DNA from: a candidate division FCPU426 bacterium
Lineage (GTDB): Bacteria; Oederibacteriota; Muellerivitia; Muellerivitales; Muellerivitaceae
Assembly (NCBI GenBank): GCA_963796105.1
Contig: CAWCKJ010000009.1
Span: 23,068 to 87,067 of the forward strand
Length of the DNA stretch: 64,000 nucleotides
Direction: 5' to 3'
Shown here: positions 42,058 through 52,995 of the stretch, piece by piece
Layout of the letters: each line of letters starts with the position of its first letter
How positions within the stretch are numbered: the first letter of the stretch is position 1
Position numbers and translations under genes: made by a program
The notes under the pieces: model-generated
What the model was told of the DNA's origin: nothing
Seen by the model: only the letters and a program-made list of their open reading frames with translations
The model's database searches: none

Positions 42058-43449
42058 TTACGGAGTTTTGGCGCAGCGGCACCCAACATTAAACAATAGA
42101 AGATTATCAGGTTTCGCGCGGGTTCGATTTCCCACCCGTAGATCCGCCCAGGAACTTCCCCAAGCAGCACCCCTTAAAATTTTTTCCTGCCCGTTTGAGG
42201 GTCCTTGAGGATCCGTTTGAGGATCTGCGGTATATTCGTTTTCTGAATACCAATCGGAACACCACACCATAACATTCCCCACCATGTCGTAAAGTCCGTT
42301 AGAATTCGGTTTTTTCTCCCCAACCGGATGAATGACATTTCCGGAATTGGCGTTAAACCACGAGTATAAATAGCCCTGATTCGGATCATGCCCCCAAAAA
42401 TACTCATCCTCATTATCCCCACGGGCGGCCATTTCCCATTCCGCCTCGGTTGGAAGCCGTCCCCCTCCGCCGGGACCTTTGGCCCATTTGCAATAAACCG
42501 ACGCGTCGTTCCAGGTGATCTGAACCATCGGCTGATTCCAGCCATTGGGGCTTCCGTAATTTCCGGGTGTCCGCCGGAGAGCAGGTTTCTTAGCCTTTTC
42601 AACCTCAGTCACATATCCGGTAGCTTTTTCGAATTTCGAGAATGCCTCCTCCGTGACCGGATAACGATCCAGAAAAAAATCTCCCAGAAACACCTTGTGA
42701 CGTGGATGTTCATCAGGATTGCCGATGCCCTCAGGCGACCCCATCCAAAACCATCCACTCGGAATATGAACCATTTCCCTGGCGTCAGGCCCCACCCACA
42801 CCGGAAGTTTTTTAACAGTCTCATTCACCCCAAAACCAGAATGTAGCCACCACCAAATCAGGTTCGCTCCCAGCCCCAAAAGGAAAGCTCCACAAAGCCA
42901 AAATCCGATTGCTAACTTGCGCCGGCTCTTTCCCTCCCGAAGCTCAGTTATTCTTTTGGACAATTCATGAAAACTCCAAGGCGCTTTTCTGACCTTTTTA
43001 TAATGAATCCGTAAACTATCGACCATATTGGAGCCTACAACAGCCACGGTCAGCATTTCCCTCTTGTCCGCGTCCAAAACGCGTCCCTGACCTTGGGAAG
43101 GAACAAGAACCGTTTTACCAATCCATTTTTTCTTGAAACGACTTAATTTGGCTTCGTTCAAATAATTCGTGCCCTGGTTTCCCTTAAAAAAACCATTCGC
43201 GGGGTTTTCCCACTCAGAAGCCATAAGTTCCGCGGCCGGAATTTTCGGTATTCCTGCAGCAAAGTCTTTCAGGAGAACTTGAAATTTTCTTTCCCTTGTA
43301 TCCAAACCGTCAGCCTGTTCAATCCAAACCGACCAAATTTCATCAGACAAACTTGTTTTTACAGCGAAAGGACTTACTTCCAAGCCGTGTTTCTCGAAAT
43401 GTTGGAGAATTGACGAAATGATTTCTTCTTTTTCTTTTTCGAAAGCCAT
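42058..43449 (-). CDS. Membrane-anchored FGE-sulfatase (CLec-fold) domain protein with cytoplasmic N-terminal domain
   Basis: F.MGS, EHPRH, YPVT, RLPTEAEWE, NGLYDMVGNV, RG..W, GCRC; one TM. The ORF-track start overlaps the tRNA, so the real start is ATG 43449. Confidence 0.85.
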   Translation of the reverse strand: MAFEKEKEEIISSILQHFEKHGLEVSPFAVKTSLSDEIWSVWIEQADGLDTRERKFQVLLKDFAAGIPKIPAAELMASEWENPANGFFKGNQGTNYLNEAKLSRFKKKWIGKTVLVPSQGQGRVLDADKREMLTVAVVGSNMVDSLRIHYKKVRKAPWSFHELSKRITELREGKSRRKLAIGFWLCGAFLLGLGANLIWWWLHSGFGVNETVKKLPVWVGPDAREMVHIPSGWFWMGSPEGIGNPDEHPRHKVFLGDFFLDRYPVTEEAFSKFEKATGYVTEVEKAKKPALRRTPGNYGSPNGWNQPMVQITWNDASVYCKWAKGPGGGGRLPTEAEWEMAARGDNEDEYFWGHDPNQGYLYSWFNANSGNVIHPVGEKKPNSNGLYDMVGNVMVWCSDWYSENEYTADPQTDPQGPSNGQEKILRGAAWGSSWADLRVGNRTRAKPDNLLLFNVGCRCAKTP

Positions 43450-43508
43450 AAAAAAATCCCCCGACTTCAATTCCGCGCTTAAAACTGTATTTAACAGGTT
43501 AAAAAACT

Positions 43509-43584
43509 TGGTGGGGCGTGTAGGATTTGAACCTACGACCAAGGCATTATGAGTGCCCTGCTCTAACCACTGAGCTAACGCCCC
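43509..43584 (-). tRNA. tRNA with CAT anticodon, most likely tRNA-Ile2 (lysidine)
   Basis: GGGGCGTTAGCTCAGTGGTTAGAGCAGGGCACT-CAT-AATGCCTTGGTCGTAGGTTCAAATCCTACACGCCCCACCA; paired G1-C72 (not initiator); located downstream of rpoD like E. coli ileX. Confidence 0.93.
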
Positions 43585-43757
43585 AAAATTCATCCAATAA
43601 CGAACATTCAAGAATCGACTGAAGCCTTGAAACCAAGACTCTATCAGTAAAAGGATTGGATTTAACTATATAACAAGCTGGGTCTTTAAACCGCGCTATT
43701 CCAAAAATCGTAACATTATAATGTTTCATATTATTGAATATGTGTTTCATAAACACT

Positions 43758-43792
43758 AAAACAAAAAAGGCGGACCCTTAAAGAGCCCGCCC
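43758..43792 (-). terminator. Intrinsic terminator after rpoD
   Basis: AGGGCGGGCTC...GGGTCCGCC followed by a T run on the minus strand. Confidence 0.7.
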
Positions 43793-43806
43793 TCATTATC
43801 TTTAAA

Positions 43807-45615
43807 TTAATCGAGATAACCTTTGAGTTTTCGGCTGCGGGAGGGATGACGTAGTTTCCTCAGAGCTTTCGCCTCGATCTGCCGGACACGTTCGCGGGTG
43901 ACTTTGAATGTATTACCAACTTCTTCCAATGTATGGGGATATCCGTCATTCAGACCAAATCGAAGGCGTAATACCTCCGCCTCTCTTTCTTTCAGGGTTC
44001 CCAAGACCTTGGAAATCTGTTCCTGTAAGAGGACAAAGGCTGCAGCGTTGGCAGGGGAGATGACATCTTTATCCTCGATAAAATCCCCGAGGTGGCTGTC
44101 TTTTTCCTCCCCGATAGGTGTTTCCAGCGAAATGGGTTCCTGGGCAATCTTGAGGATCGCCCGGACCTTCTCAACTGGCATTTCCAGTTTTTCCGCGATT
44201 TCGTCGGCCATCGGTTCCCGGCCCAGTTCCTGCACTAAATCCCTTGAAACCTTGATTGATTTGTTGATGGTTTCGATCATGTGAACAGGGATACGGATGG
44301 TTCTGGCTTGGTCGGCAATGGCTCGTGTTATCGCTTGACGAATCCACCATGTTGCATAAGTTGAAAATTTATACCCCCTCCTATATTCAAACTTTTCAAC
44401 CGCGCGCATGAGCCCAATGTTCCCTTCTTGAATCAGGTCTAAGAAAGGCAACCCGCGGTTTGTGTATTTCTTGGCGATGGAAATGACGAGGCGGAGATTG
44501 GCTTCCACCAGCTCCATCCTTGCCTGGTAGGCTTCCCTCTCGCCTACTCGTATGCTGCGCATCATGAACTTGATGTGTTCACGAGAGGCCATTGCCTCTT
44601 TTTCAAGTTTTTTAATGTGTCGCCGGGCCTCATCCCACCGGCAACATACAGAGACGAAATTCTCCCCCTTGAGAGCACTCTTCTTTTCCAATGGCTTCAA
44701 GTCGGCATGGCCCCCATGCTTCAGGAGACAGGGCAGCTTGACGTAACTCTCGGGAGACAGCTTCAACTGTTTCTCCTGCATGTGCATGACGTGTTCCTGT
44801 TCCTCAATGCTTTCACCATGGTCCCGCAATTTGCCAATAAGCCTTTCCTTCACCTTTTTCTGGAACTGGCAATCCTTGACCAGCCAGATGAGGTCGATTA
44901 GTTTTCCGTCCAACTGCTCTGCGATTTGTTTGCGGGCCTCTTGAGTCAGGGATCTTAAACCCACCTTATGCTGAAGGGCCTTAATATGACGTTCCAGTAT
45001 TTTCAATTTGGATAGATTTTTCATGATTTTCGCCAGGATCTGTTTTTCGGGAATACACGGCATTTCCGCATAGGGATCGAGGTCGATAGTTTCCTGGAGG
45101 GTTTTCTTTTTTTTAACAATATCCGCAAACAAGGCATGCAATTCCTGGAATCCCAGTGCTGAACCCAGAACGGCCTTTTCCACTTTGAACTCGCCGGCTT
45201 CAATTCGTTTTGCGATGGAAATTTCTTCTTCACGAGTCAACAGGGGTATGCGACCCATTTCATGCAGATACATCTTGACCGGGTCTCCCATGCGAGTTTC
45301 AACGCCGGCCGTCTCAAAAGTCTTCTCAAATTCCTCTCCGTCGTCCTCATCCTCATCTTTAACAATGGCGCCAGGAGGCGCCGCGCCCACTTCTTTCTCG
45401 TCGTCAGGAAGGGCCGCTGTTTTTTCCTCTTGGTCGACGATTTTGATGTCGTTTTCGCCCAGCATCAACAGAATGTCATCGATCTCCTCGGAGGAAACAA
45501 CCTCGTCGGGGAGGATGTCGTTCACCTGTTTATAGGTGATATATCCTTTTTCTTTTCCCACTTCCAAGATTTTGTTGACGTGGTCCGATTTCGTTTTCTC
45601 GGGCGCTTGCTTCAT
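43807..45615 (-). CDS. rpoD: RNA polymerase primary sigma factor
   Basis: Region 1.1, [49 protein letters not shown]. Confidence 0.98.
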   Translation of the reverse strand: MKQAPEKTKSDHVNKILEVGKEKGYITYKQVNDILPDEVVSSEEIDDILLMLGENDIKIVDQEEKTAALPDDEKEVGAAPPGAIVKDEDEDDGEEFEKTFETAGVETRMGDPVKMYLHEMGRIPLLTREEEISIAKRIEAGEFKVEKAVLGSALGFQELHALFADIVKKKKTLQETIDLDPYAEMPCIPEKQILAKIMKNLSKLKILERHIKALQHKVGLRSLTQEARKQIAEQLDGKLIDLIWLVKDCQFQKKVKERLIGKLRDHGESIEEQEHVMHMQEKQLKLSPESYVKLPCLLKHGGHADLKPLEKKSALKGENFVSVCCRWDEARRHIKKLEKEAMASREHIKFMMRSIRVGEREAYQARMELVEANLRLVISIAKKYTNRGLPFLDLIQEGNIGLMRAVEKFEYRRGYKFSTYATWWIRQAITRAIADQARTIRIPVHMIETINKSIKVSRDLVQELGREPMADEIAEKLEMPVEKVRAILKIAQEPISLETPIGEEKDSHLGDFIEDKDVISPANAAAFVLLQEQISKVLGTLKEREAEVLRLRFGLNDGYPHTLEEVGNTFKVTRERVRQIEAKALRKLRHPSRSRKLKGYLD

Positions 45616-47411
45616 TTAAGTTCCACCTCTTGGGAAAATTGCTTCTTTAAAGCAACTAATTTTTGAGCCAACTCCAGGGATTTATTCATATCCCCGACTT
45701 TTTCCGCCTCAGACTGCAAAATCTTCAATTCTTCCATCCGGCGTTTCAAGTAGTTTTTTTGCAAAGCAGATGCCAAATCCGCCAACATGGCAGCCCGTAT
45801 GCGTTTCCCGGGCAAAATTTCCAGGCGAATAAAAGATCCGGTAAGCTCGGGCAATCGTCCCAAAGACGAAACCGGGATTTCCCCGGCACACAACTGTTCA
45901 AACAACCGCCTGAAGTTTTCTCGAGTAAAAACTTCAGGCGAAAGTTCGTCTTTGGCCCAGGGGATAAAATCACCCTCAGCTTCGGTCAAAAGCGACAAAA
46001 AATCCGACTCAATCCTGCTATCTATTGATTCCAATTCCGAATTGGAACCGGATTTATTTCCGCCTTTTAGGACTTGCGGCTCACTCTGTCCCCTTCCCAG
46101 TTCGGATTTTCCTTTCTTGCGTTCGGCGTTCACAATGGTCAAAAGGTCTCGGTTATCAAGTACCCACGCGGATCCAACCGCCGCGCAAGCGGCTTGTATC
46201 GAGGCTTCTGACGGCATTTGAAGAATAAAGGGCACAAACTCCTGGAACTTTCTAAGTCTCTCTTCCACTGCAGCATTCGGCGTTTTCCTTTTTATTGAGT
46301 CTGCCCACCAACGGGCAAAATCCGGGGCATTCTCCAACAAAAATGAAAATTCCTGCTTAGGATGCCGCCGAAGAAACTCGTCGGGGTCTTTGCTATCGGG
46401 CATCACAAGAACCTTCACGTTCAATCCTGCTGAAAGAAGTGGTTCCCATCCCCTTAAAATCGCCGCCTGGCCCGCATCATCCGCATCATATGAAAAGACA
46501 ACATTTAATGTGTACCGTTTCAGAATTCTTCCGTGCTGTTGAGTCAGCGCAGTCCCTAACGTGGCAACTGTATTTTCAAAACCGTGATGGTGAAGAGCTA
46601 GCGCGTCAAAATAACCCTCCACCAGTAAAACACACCCTTTTCGCCTGATGGCTTCACGTGCTTTATCCAGTAAATATAGATTTTCACCCTTTTTAAAAAG
46701 AAGAGTTTCTGGCGAATTAAGGTATTTAGGCTCCGTATCGTCGTTTAACGTTCGCCCGCCAAAAGCAATAATTTTATCATAATTATTCTTGACCGGAAAG
46801 ATGAGCCTATTTCTAAATTTATCATAAAAGCTTTTATTTTCTTCGTTATGAACAATCAACCCCGCTTGAAGAAGTTCCTCTTGTGAAAACCTCTCTTTTT
46901 GGCCGGCATTTTTCAAGTTATCCCAACCAGGAGGAGCATATCCAATCAGGAATTTTAAAGCATCTTCCTTCGCGAATCCTCTTTTTTTGAAATACTCCCG
47001 AGCCACCAGGCCATCGGAAGAAAGAAGGCGCTCCTGAAAAAATCTCGAGGCAAATTCGTTAATTTGAATCATCCGTTCCCTTTGCCGTCCGACCTCCTGG
47101 TCCTCAATATTTGACTCTAGTTTCGGCAATACAATTCCCGCTTTGTCCGCTAAGAGTCGTAGGGTTTCTGGAAAAGAAATTTTCTCCATTTCCATAATAA
47201 AGGTGATGGCATTGCCGCCTTTGCCGCACCCAAAACAGTGGAAACTATTTCTGGAAGGGGAGACAATGAAACTCGGTGTTTTTTCATTATGAAACGGACA
47301 AAGACCCTTATAGCTGGCTCCTGCCTTCTTGAGTTTGACATGTTCCCCGACCACCGCCACGATGTCGGTGGAATCTTTTACTCGCTGGATAATGTCGTCG
47401 GAATACTTCAT
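45612..47411 (-). CDS. dnaG: DNA primase
   Basis: [41 protein letters not shown]; ATGA overlap with rpoD. Confidence 0.97.
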   Translation of the reverse strand: MKYSDDIIQRVKDSTDIVAVVGEHVKLKKAGASYKGLCPFHNEKTPSFIVSPSRNSFHCFGCGKGGNAITFIMEMEKISFPETLRLLADKAGIVLPKLESNIEDQEVGRQRERMIQINEFASRFFQERLLSSDGLVAREYFKKRGFAKEDALKFLIGYAPPGWDNLKNAGQKERFSQEELLQAGLIVHNEENKSFYDKFRNRLIFPVKNNYDKIIAFGGRTLNDDTEPKYLNSPETLLFKKGENLYLLDKAREAIRRKGCVLLVEGYFDALALHHHGFENTVATLGTALTQQHGRILKRYTLNVVFSYDADDAGQAAILRGWEPLLSAGLNVKVLVMPDSKDPDEFLRRHPKQEFSFLLENAPDFARWWADSIKRKTPNAAVEERLRKFQEFVPFILQMPSEASIQAACAAVGSAWVLDNRDLLTIVNAERKKGKSELGRGQSEPQVLKGGNKSGSNSELESIDSRIESDFLSLLTEAEGDFIPWAKDELSPEVFTRENFRRLFEQLCAGEIPVSSLGRLPELTGSFIRLEILPGKRIRAAMLADLASALQKNYLKRRMEELKILQSEAEKVGDMNKSLELAQKLVALKKQFSQEVELK

Positions 47412-47436
47412 AGAACCTCTGAGAAAAGGACAGCTA

Positions 47437-49968
47437 TTAATTTTTCTTGAATTTTACCACGGTAACTCCCGCGCCGCCTTGAGCTTGCTCGGCTAGGGTG
47501 AAATCAACATTCGGATGAGCGGTTGGTAAATGTTTATGGATAGCTTCTTTCAGCGCTCCCGTTCCTTTTCCATGAATAATCCGGACAAAAGGCAGGTTTA
47601 CCAATAACGCGTCATCGAGAAACTTGTCGATCAATGGCAATGCCTGGTCCACCAATTTCCCACGCAAATCCAAGTCGAGATTTCCTTTCTCATCTACCCC
47701 GCCGGGAATCAGGCTCCCTCCATTCATTGTCGGAGGCGCATGGTAAAGCTTTGGTTTCTCATCTTTCACAACTTTACCTAAGTCCGAATACTTGCAAGAA
47801 AGCTTAAGTCCGTTGCCCATGAGGATTACCGCATCTTCTTTTTCATCGTCGGCAGATACAACTTTGACTTCGGCATTGCCCGACTTAAAGAATACGGACT
47901 CTCCTTCCCTCAATTCTCGGATTTCGGAGTACTTTTTCGTGGGAAGCGGTACTATATTCCTGAGTTTCCTGTTTATTTCCTGCCGAGCGTTTTTTATTTT
48001 ATCCCGATCCACGGGTGTGCCTTTTGGTTTTTCCACTCCCTGGATCAGATGTTCCATTTTCCTCCGGGCGTTTTTTATCAATCCCTCCGCCTCAATTTGA
48101 GCCTCTTTTTTGATCCTGCGCGCCTCGTCTTTGATCTGTCGCCGCGCGACCAAAAGCTCGGCTTCCATTTTCCTCACATTTCCTAGGGTTTTTTCGGCTT
48201 CCCGCCGGGCTTTTTCAAGGTTTTGCTTTTCCCCACCTAATTTGGTCAGTATTTCCGCAAGATCAACTTCACCGGCAGGAAGATGTGCTTTCGCTTTTTC
48301 GAGGATATCTTCTGGAAATCCCAAATTGCTTGCCAAAGCCAAGGCATAGGACCGACCGGGAATTCCGGAAACCAGTTGGTATGTTGGTTGTCCAGTAACC
48401 TCATCAAACAACATGGCAGCATTGGCCATTCCCGTCTCTTCCTGGGTCAAGAGTTTCAAAAGAGGCTGGTGGGTGTTGGCCATGACCCACGCGCCTCTTT
48501 CCCGGAAAGTTTCCAGGCATGCTAAGCCCAGGGCGCCCCCCTCACGGGGATCGGTACCAGCGCCAAGCTCATCCAAAAGAAACAGGCTGTTTATAGTTTC
48601 CTCCCCATCGTCTCCTGAAAGCCGTGAATGGTCTAACATGCGTTTAAGGGCCATGAGTTTGGCCGCATAAGCGCTCAAATGATCCTGTAAACTCTGGCCG
48701 TCTTTTAGATCTGAATCAAAATACCTGATCAACGGGAGTGTGCTTTCATTGCCCGCGATTACCGGTAAACCCGACTGCGCCATCAAACAAACCAACCCCA
48801 AGGTTTTCAGGGCCACGGTTTTACCTCCCGCGTTCGGTCCGGAAACCAAGACAACGCGAACCCCTTCTTTGAATTCAATATCCAGGGGAATGACTTTTTC
48901 CCTGAACTTCTTCCCGGCTTCCATTGATAACAATGGATGACGTCCTGCCTTGAGAACCAAGGCATGGCCCGGATAAGGTTCAATAAACTGAGCATCATAC
49001 CGGGATGCGAATATGGCCAAAGCGCCATGGGCGTCAATTTCAGCGCTCGCGATCAGGGTTTCTTCGATTTTTTCCCCGAATTCCAAAACCCCTTGAGTGA
49101 GTTCCCTCAATATCTTGCGAACTTCCTCGTTCTCTTGTAAAAGAGCCTCTTTAATCCTGTTGTTGCTCTCAACAGCCCCCTCCGGTTCTATAAAAAGAGT
49201 GGCTCCGGAAGCAGAAACTCCGTGAACAAATCCGGGAACCTGGTTTTGGTGGTCCCTCCTTACAGGAATTACCAATCTCCCTTCTCTCTCTGTGATAATT
49301 CGATCCTGGAAAATGCTTTCCGCCTCTTGCTGCCGAAGAAGTTCCTGATATGTATTTTGAACTTCCGAACGCAAAGTCCTGATTCTATCCCTCAGGTTCT
49401 TCAACTCAGGTGAAGCCGTATCTTGAATATCACCTCGGTCTGTCAATTGAGTTTGAAGCTTATCTTTTAATTCCGGAAGGCTGTGAAGTCGATCAAGCCA
49501 TCCCTGAAAAACTCCTGTAACCGTATTTTCCACTGAGGTATCTCTTATCGTTTCTGCTTTTTCCGAGGGTTCCGTTAATGTCGAGCTGGAGTTCTGGCCC
49601 ACTTGAACTGGTTGAGGCAAGTAATCCTGTTTGGAAAAATATTGCCTCAAACGCACCACATCCCTTAGAAATTTTAATAAAGCCGTCAATTCTTTCCCGG
49701 AAAAAGCTTCCCCTTTTTCCCTGGCATTTCCAAAAGCCTCAATGAATCTTTGTGGATCGGGGATGGAAGGAATAGCCTGTTTAAGGATTTGCTTTTCCAG
49801 TTCTCTTGTTTTCCCCAAACGCTCTTCTATAGCGAGGGTTTCGCCTAGAGGTCGCAACATCCTCAAATAATCCCTGCCGGAAGGCGTTTGACAATCTTTT
49901 GTTAAAATATCCAACAGCCTGGGAAATTCGACAGCTTCCAGAAAATTTTGGTTTATTTCGATTTTCAA
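47437..49968 (-). CDS. mutS2: MutS2 family protein (Smr domain)
   Basis: SGATLFIEP, SGPNAGGKT, LDELGAGTDP, LDLRG..IIHGKGTG..GGAGVT. Confidence 0.95.
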   Translation of the reverse strand: MKIEINQNFLEAVEFPRLLDILTKDCQTPSGRDYLRMLRPLGETLAIEERLGKTRELEKQILKQAIPSIPDPQRFIEAFGNAREKGEAFSGKELTALLKFLRDVVRLRQYFSKQDYLPQPVQVGQNSSSTLTEPSEKAETIRDTSVENTVTGVFQGWLDRLHSLPELKDKLQTQLTDRGDIQDTASPELKNLRDRIRTLRSEVQNTYQELLRQQEAESIFQDRIITEREGRLVIPVRRDHQNQVPGFVHGVSASGATLFIEPEGAVESNNRIKEALLQENEEVRKILRELTQGVLEFGEKIEETLIASAEIDAHGALAIFASRYDAQFIEPYPGHALVLKAGRHPLLSMEAGKKFREKVIPLDIEFKEGVRVVLVSGPNAGGKTVALKTLGLVCLMAQSGLPVIAGNESTLPLIRYFDSDLKDGQSLQDHLSAYAAKLMALKRMLDHSRLSGDDGEETINSLFLLDELGAGTDPREGGALGLACLETFRERGAWVMANTHQPLLKLLTQEETGMANAAMLFDEVTGQPTYQLVSGIPGRSYALALASNLGFPEDILEKAKAHLPAGEVDLAEILTKLGGEKQNLEKARREAEKTLGNVRKMEAELLVARRQIKDEARRIKKEAQIEAEGLIKNARRKMEHLIQGVEKPKGTPVDRDKIKNARQEINRKLRNIVPLPTKKYSEIRELREGESVFFKSGNAEVKVVSADDEKEDAVILMGNGLKLSCKYSDLGKVVKDEKPKLYHAPPTMNGGSLIPGGVDEKGNLDLDLRGKLVDQALPLIDKFLDDALLVNLPFVRIIHGKGTGALKEAIHKHLPTAHPNVDFTLAEQAQGGAGVTVVKFKKN

Positions 49969-50276
49969 TTTTTATTCCTTCAATTTATTTAGTTGAACCA
50001 ATTTTTTATGAAAAAGATCATAAAATCTGATGTCCGAAGCTTCTTCTTGGCTTCCATTAGTTTGAGTATTTTAGCGCCGGGTTCCTCATGGGCAATCCAG
50101 TCCATATCATAGACTAAGCCCGGCCGAAGAACCTTTCAGCCACCCGAAAAATGCCCTTTTAAACCTTTCAAATGCGGATGAAAAAAAGGTGTGACATTTC
50201 CACTTTTACCCCCAATTTCAAGCGGGTCTTTTTTCTAACCTTTGAAACCGATGAAATTATTTTTCGCCTTTTTCTT

Positions 50277-50882
50277 TCAGCCTTTGGCGGGATAGCCCCT
50301 TCCTGCCTTAACGGATAAATATGGATTTTCTAACAAATAAAACCGCAAGGGTAATTTCCAACCCTCTGTAATACCAATTCTTGTCGTAATTCCGATTTTT
50401 TCGGTTCTTTTTGCCTTTTTCACATAAAGAGGTTTTTTCCAAATCGGAGTACGGTTATGTTTCCTTTCGATTCCGAGGGCTTGAACCAGTTTTCCCGGGC
50501 CATTCGTCAGGTTCAGGGATTTTGGAGGCAATCCCCCCCGCCGATAGCACATCAGTTCAATCCCCATCATTGGTTCCAGAGCCCGGATCAAAACAGCCCC
50601 AGGAACTCCCTCCTTCTCCGTCACGATATTGAATAAGAAATGGTTTCCGTAGCAGAAATAAACATAGGCGTGACCAGGCGGTCCGAACATCACGGAGTTT
50701 CGGGGAGTGCGGCCCCGGGCAGCATGGCACCCGGGATCTTTGCGGGGAAGATAAGCTTCGACTTCAACAATTCTGCCGGCAGACGTGCCGTCTGGACTTT
50801 CATGAACCAGGATTTGACCTAGTAGTTCTCGAGCGACAAGAACAGTACGGCGGGAGTAAAATGGCTTTGTAAGAATCATCAT
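50277..50882 (-). CDS. mpg: 3-methyladenine DNA glycosylase (MPG/Aag family)
   Basis: GRIVEVEAY, MFGPPGHAYVY..YG, AVLIRALEP, NGPGKL, RIGI. Confidence 0.95.
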   Translation of the reverse strand: MMILTKPFYSRRTVLVARELLGQILVHESPDGTSAGRIVEVEAYLPRKDPGCHAARGRTPRNSVMFGPPGHAYVYFCYGNHFLFNIVTEKEGVPGAVLIRALEPMMGIELMCYRRGGLPPKSLNLTNGPGKLVQALGIERKHNRTPIWKKPLYVKKAKRTEKIGITTRIGITEGWKLPLRFYLLENPYLSVKAGRGYPAKG

Positions 50883-50959
50883 GCTCTCAATGGACGGTCG
50901 CCCGAAGACGAACCAACCTAGTATTTAACCTTGAGCGAATTCTTCCGCCCCAGGAATTT

Positions 50960-51412
50960 TTATGCGCCTAATTTGGCCTTGACTTGACTGCTAACCTTGG
51001 CCATATCGGCTTTTCCCTTGATTTTAGGATTAAGCCAGCCCATCACTTTACCCATGTCTTTAGGCCCCGCAGCACCGGTCGATTTCAATGCTTCCTCGAT
51101 CAAATGGACGAGTTCTTCATCGCCCAAAGCCGCCGGAAGAAATTTTTCAATCAATGTCAATTCATCTTTTTCCTTTGCAGCGCTTTCCGTCCTTCCACCC
51201 TTATTAAAACCCTCGATGGATTCCTTGCGCTGTTTAGCCTGTTTGGCAAGAACTTCTATGACATCCTCATCTGTCAATTCACGCCTCAGGTCCACTTCTT
51301 TGTACTTAATGGCAGATTTCAACATGCGAAGGGCTGAAACAACAGCTTCATTCCTTGCCTTCATGGCAGTCACAAGGTCGGAATTTATCTTATCTAGAAT
51401 TGCGGATGCCAT
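50960..51412 (-). CDS. yqeY: GatB/YqeY domain protein
   Basis: AMKAR..LRMLKSAI, KQRKESI, KDMGKVM; follows rpsU. Confidence 0.95.
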   Translation of the reverse strand: MASAILDKINSDLVTAMKARNEAVVSALRMLKSAIKYKEVDLRRELTDEDVIEVLAKQAKQRKESIEGFNKGGRTESAAKEKDELTLIEKFLPAALGDEELVHLIEEALKSTGAAGPKDMGKVMGWLNPKIKGKADMAKVSSQVKAKLGA

Positions 51413-51491
51413 TATTCCTCCAACTATAGGGAAAACAAGTACAAGCCGTAAACTGGTTTTATGTTAAGAATATCTAGGTGTAAATCGAGAT

Positions 51492-51528
51492 ATTTAAAAG
51501 GGCCGGATTTTGAACCGGCCCCTTTAAA
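51492..51528 (-). terminator. Hairpin/terminator after rpsU
   Basis: AAGGGCCGG-loop-CCGGCCCCTT flanked by A/T runs. Confidence 0.6.
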
Positions 51529-51532
51529 CCAC

Positions 51533-51733
51533 TTAATCGTTTCGAAACTTCATCGCTCGGCGACGCGCTTTTTTGCGGGCTGCCGCCTCACGCTTTTTCC
51601 TTCTTTCGCTGGGTTTCTCATAGAACTCCCGTTTTTTCATTTCCGAGATGAGTCCCGAATTCTGGACGACTTTTTTGAAACGCTTCAGGGCGTTTTCAAT
51701 AGGCTCATTTTCTTCTAATCTGACTTCGACCAC
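51533..51733 (-). CDS. rpsU: 30S ribosomal protein S21
   Basis: ENALKRFKK, REFYEKPSERRK. Confidence 0.97.
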   Translation of the reverse strand: MVEVRLEENEPIENALKRFKKVVQNSGLISEMKKREFYEKPSERRKKREAAARKKARRRAMKFRND

Positions 51734-51917
51734 GTGGTCACTCTCCCCTCTATGGGTGGGATATCTTCTCGGCTTAATGGCCGAAAGAGGAGAGGAGTTT
51801 AATAGTTTAGGAGGGAACCGTCAAGCAAGAGCTAAATCGCATGTTTTAGGGGGTTTCAGGATAAAATTCTTGCAAAAAAGCAGTTTCCAGCTTAACGCAA
51901 TTTTTATAACTCCTTGA

Positions 51918-52262
51918 TCAACCAGGTGGCCATTGAAGCTCCCGCCCTCCTAAAAGATGCATGTGGAGATGTGGTATTGCTTGACCCCCATTCACCCCGC
52001 TATTCGTGATGAGACGGAAACCATCTTTGGCAACTCCAAGTTTATCAGCAATTTTCACGGCTCTGTTAGTCAGGATGGAAACGATCGGATCACCCTCCTC
52101 GATCTCGCTGACGGAATCAACGTGTTTTTTGGGTATCAAGACAATGTGAATGGGAGCTTGGGGTTGAATATCGTAAAACGCCAATGTTTCTTCATCCTCG
52201 AAAACGATGCGAGGCGAGATTTCCTTCCTGACGAACCTGCAAAAAAGACAGTCTTGTATCAA
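51918..52262 (-). CDS. Histidine triad (HIT/Hint) nucleotide-binding protein
   Basis: DCLFC, DIQPQAPIH, HLHMH, WPPG. Confidence 0.95.
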   Translation of the reverse strand: MIQDCLFCRFVRKEISPRIVFEDEETLAFYDIQPQAPIHIVLIPKKHVDSVSEIEEGDPIVSILTNRAVKIADKLGVAKDGFRLITNSGVNGGQAIPHLHMHLLGGRELQWPPG

Positions 52263-52275
52263 TTTTCCACCCGGC

Positions 52276-52899
52276 CTAATGAAATAGATAAACCGTTAAA
52301 TCCTCGCCTGGCAAATAGCCGTCCAATATTTTATATTTTCCCTCGGACCAAAGATGGACTTTATCATCCAAAACCATCGGATCAGCGTAAAAAAGATCAT
52401 CATCCTTCCATGGACAATTCGCGTTGAGGATATTAAAAGCCACTCCCTTATTTGAGATTAGCATGGCTTTTTTTATCATTTGCTCAACCCATGCCCAGTT
52501 ATCCTTTACCTTATGGTTAAAAATCCCGCTGATTAAAACATAATCACATTTTCGCCCAGGAAATGAAGAAAGAATGTCTTTTTTTTCAAAGATAACCCCA
52601 GGATAACGACGTCGAGCCGCTCTGACCATTAGACCCAAAGTATCAAATCCTATGTATTCTCCCTGCCAACCTTGGGATTTCAAATAACCATAAAGACATC
52701 CCAAACCGCAGCCAACATCCATGATGCATTTTCCATTCAAATCTCCGATTCCTGTCAAAAGGCGAAAACGAATTTCCTGGTTTTGCCTTGAACGCCATCC
52801 CACCCTGTTCTCGGGCAAGTCGTATTGAAATGCGCGCATCAAATAAAAAAACCAAAGATAAATTTTATTGTAAAAACTCAGGGGCTTTGTGGCGGACAT
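52276..52899 (-). CDS. Class I SAM-dependent methyltransferase
   Basis: VGW...QEIRF, MDVGCGLG, DYVLISGIFN. Confidence 0.88.
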   Translation of the reverse strand: MSATKPLSFYNKIYLWFFYLMRAFQYDLPENRVGWRSRQNQEIRFRLLTGIGDLNGKCIMDVGCGLGCLYGYLKSQGWQGEYIGFDTLGLMVRAARRRYPGVIFEKKDILSSFPGRKCDYVLISGIFNHKVKDNWAWVEQMIKKAMLISNKGVAFNILNANCPWKDDDLFYADPMVLDDKVHLWSEGKYKILDGYLPGEDLTVYLFH

Positions 52900-52995
52900 G
52901 GTTAAACTTTAACATGAATTATGCGAAGGTAATAACTGGAATTTCGTCGCGATTCGAACATTAAGCGCTCAGGGTTGAGTTTTTAAAAGCATTGT

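Noticed and set aside
42058-42200. FGE/CLec C-terminus as a diversity-generating retroelement target
   Set aside because: No template-repeat copy or reverse transcriptase was seen in the window; a remote DGR cannot be excluded.
43509-43530. Island integrated at the tRNA 3' end
   Set aside because: No integrase and no duplicated tRNA 3' end (att) was found in the window.
43450-43611. N-terminal 54 aa of the 517-aa ORF
   Set aside because: It is a translation of the tRNA gene; the real start is ATG 43449.
50006-50110. Possible 32-aa ORF (MDWIAHEEPGAKILKLMEAKKKLRTSDFMIFS) between mpg and mutS2
   Set aside because: No clear SD or recognisable homology; support is insufficient.
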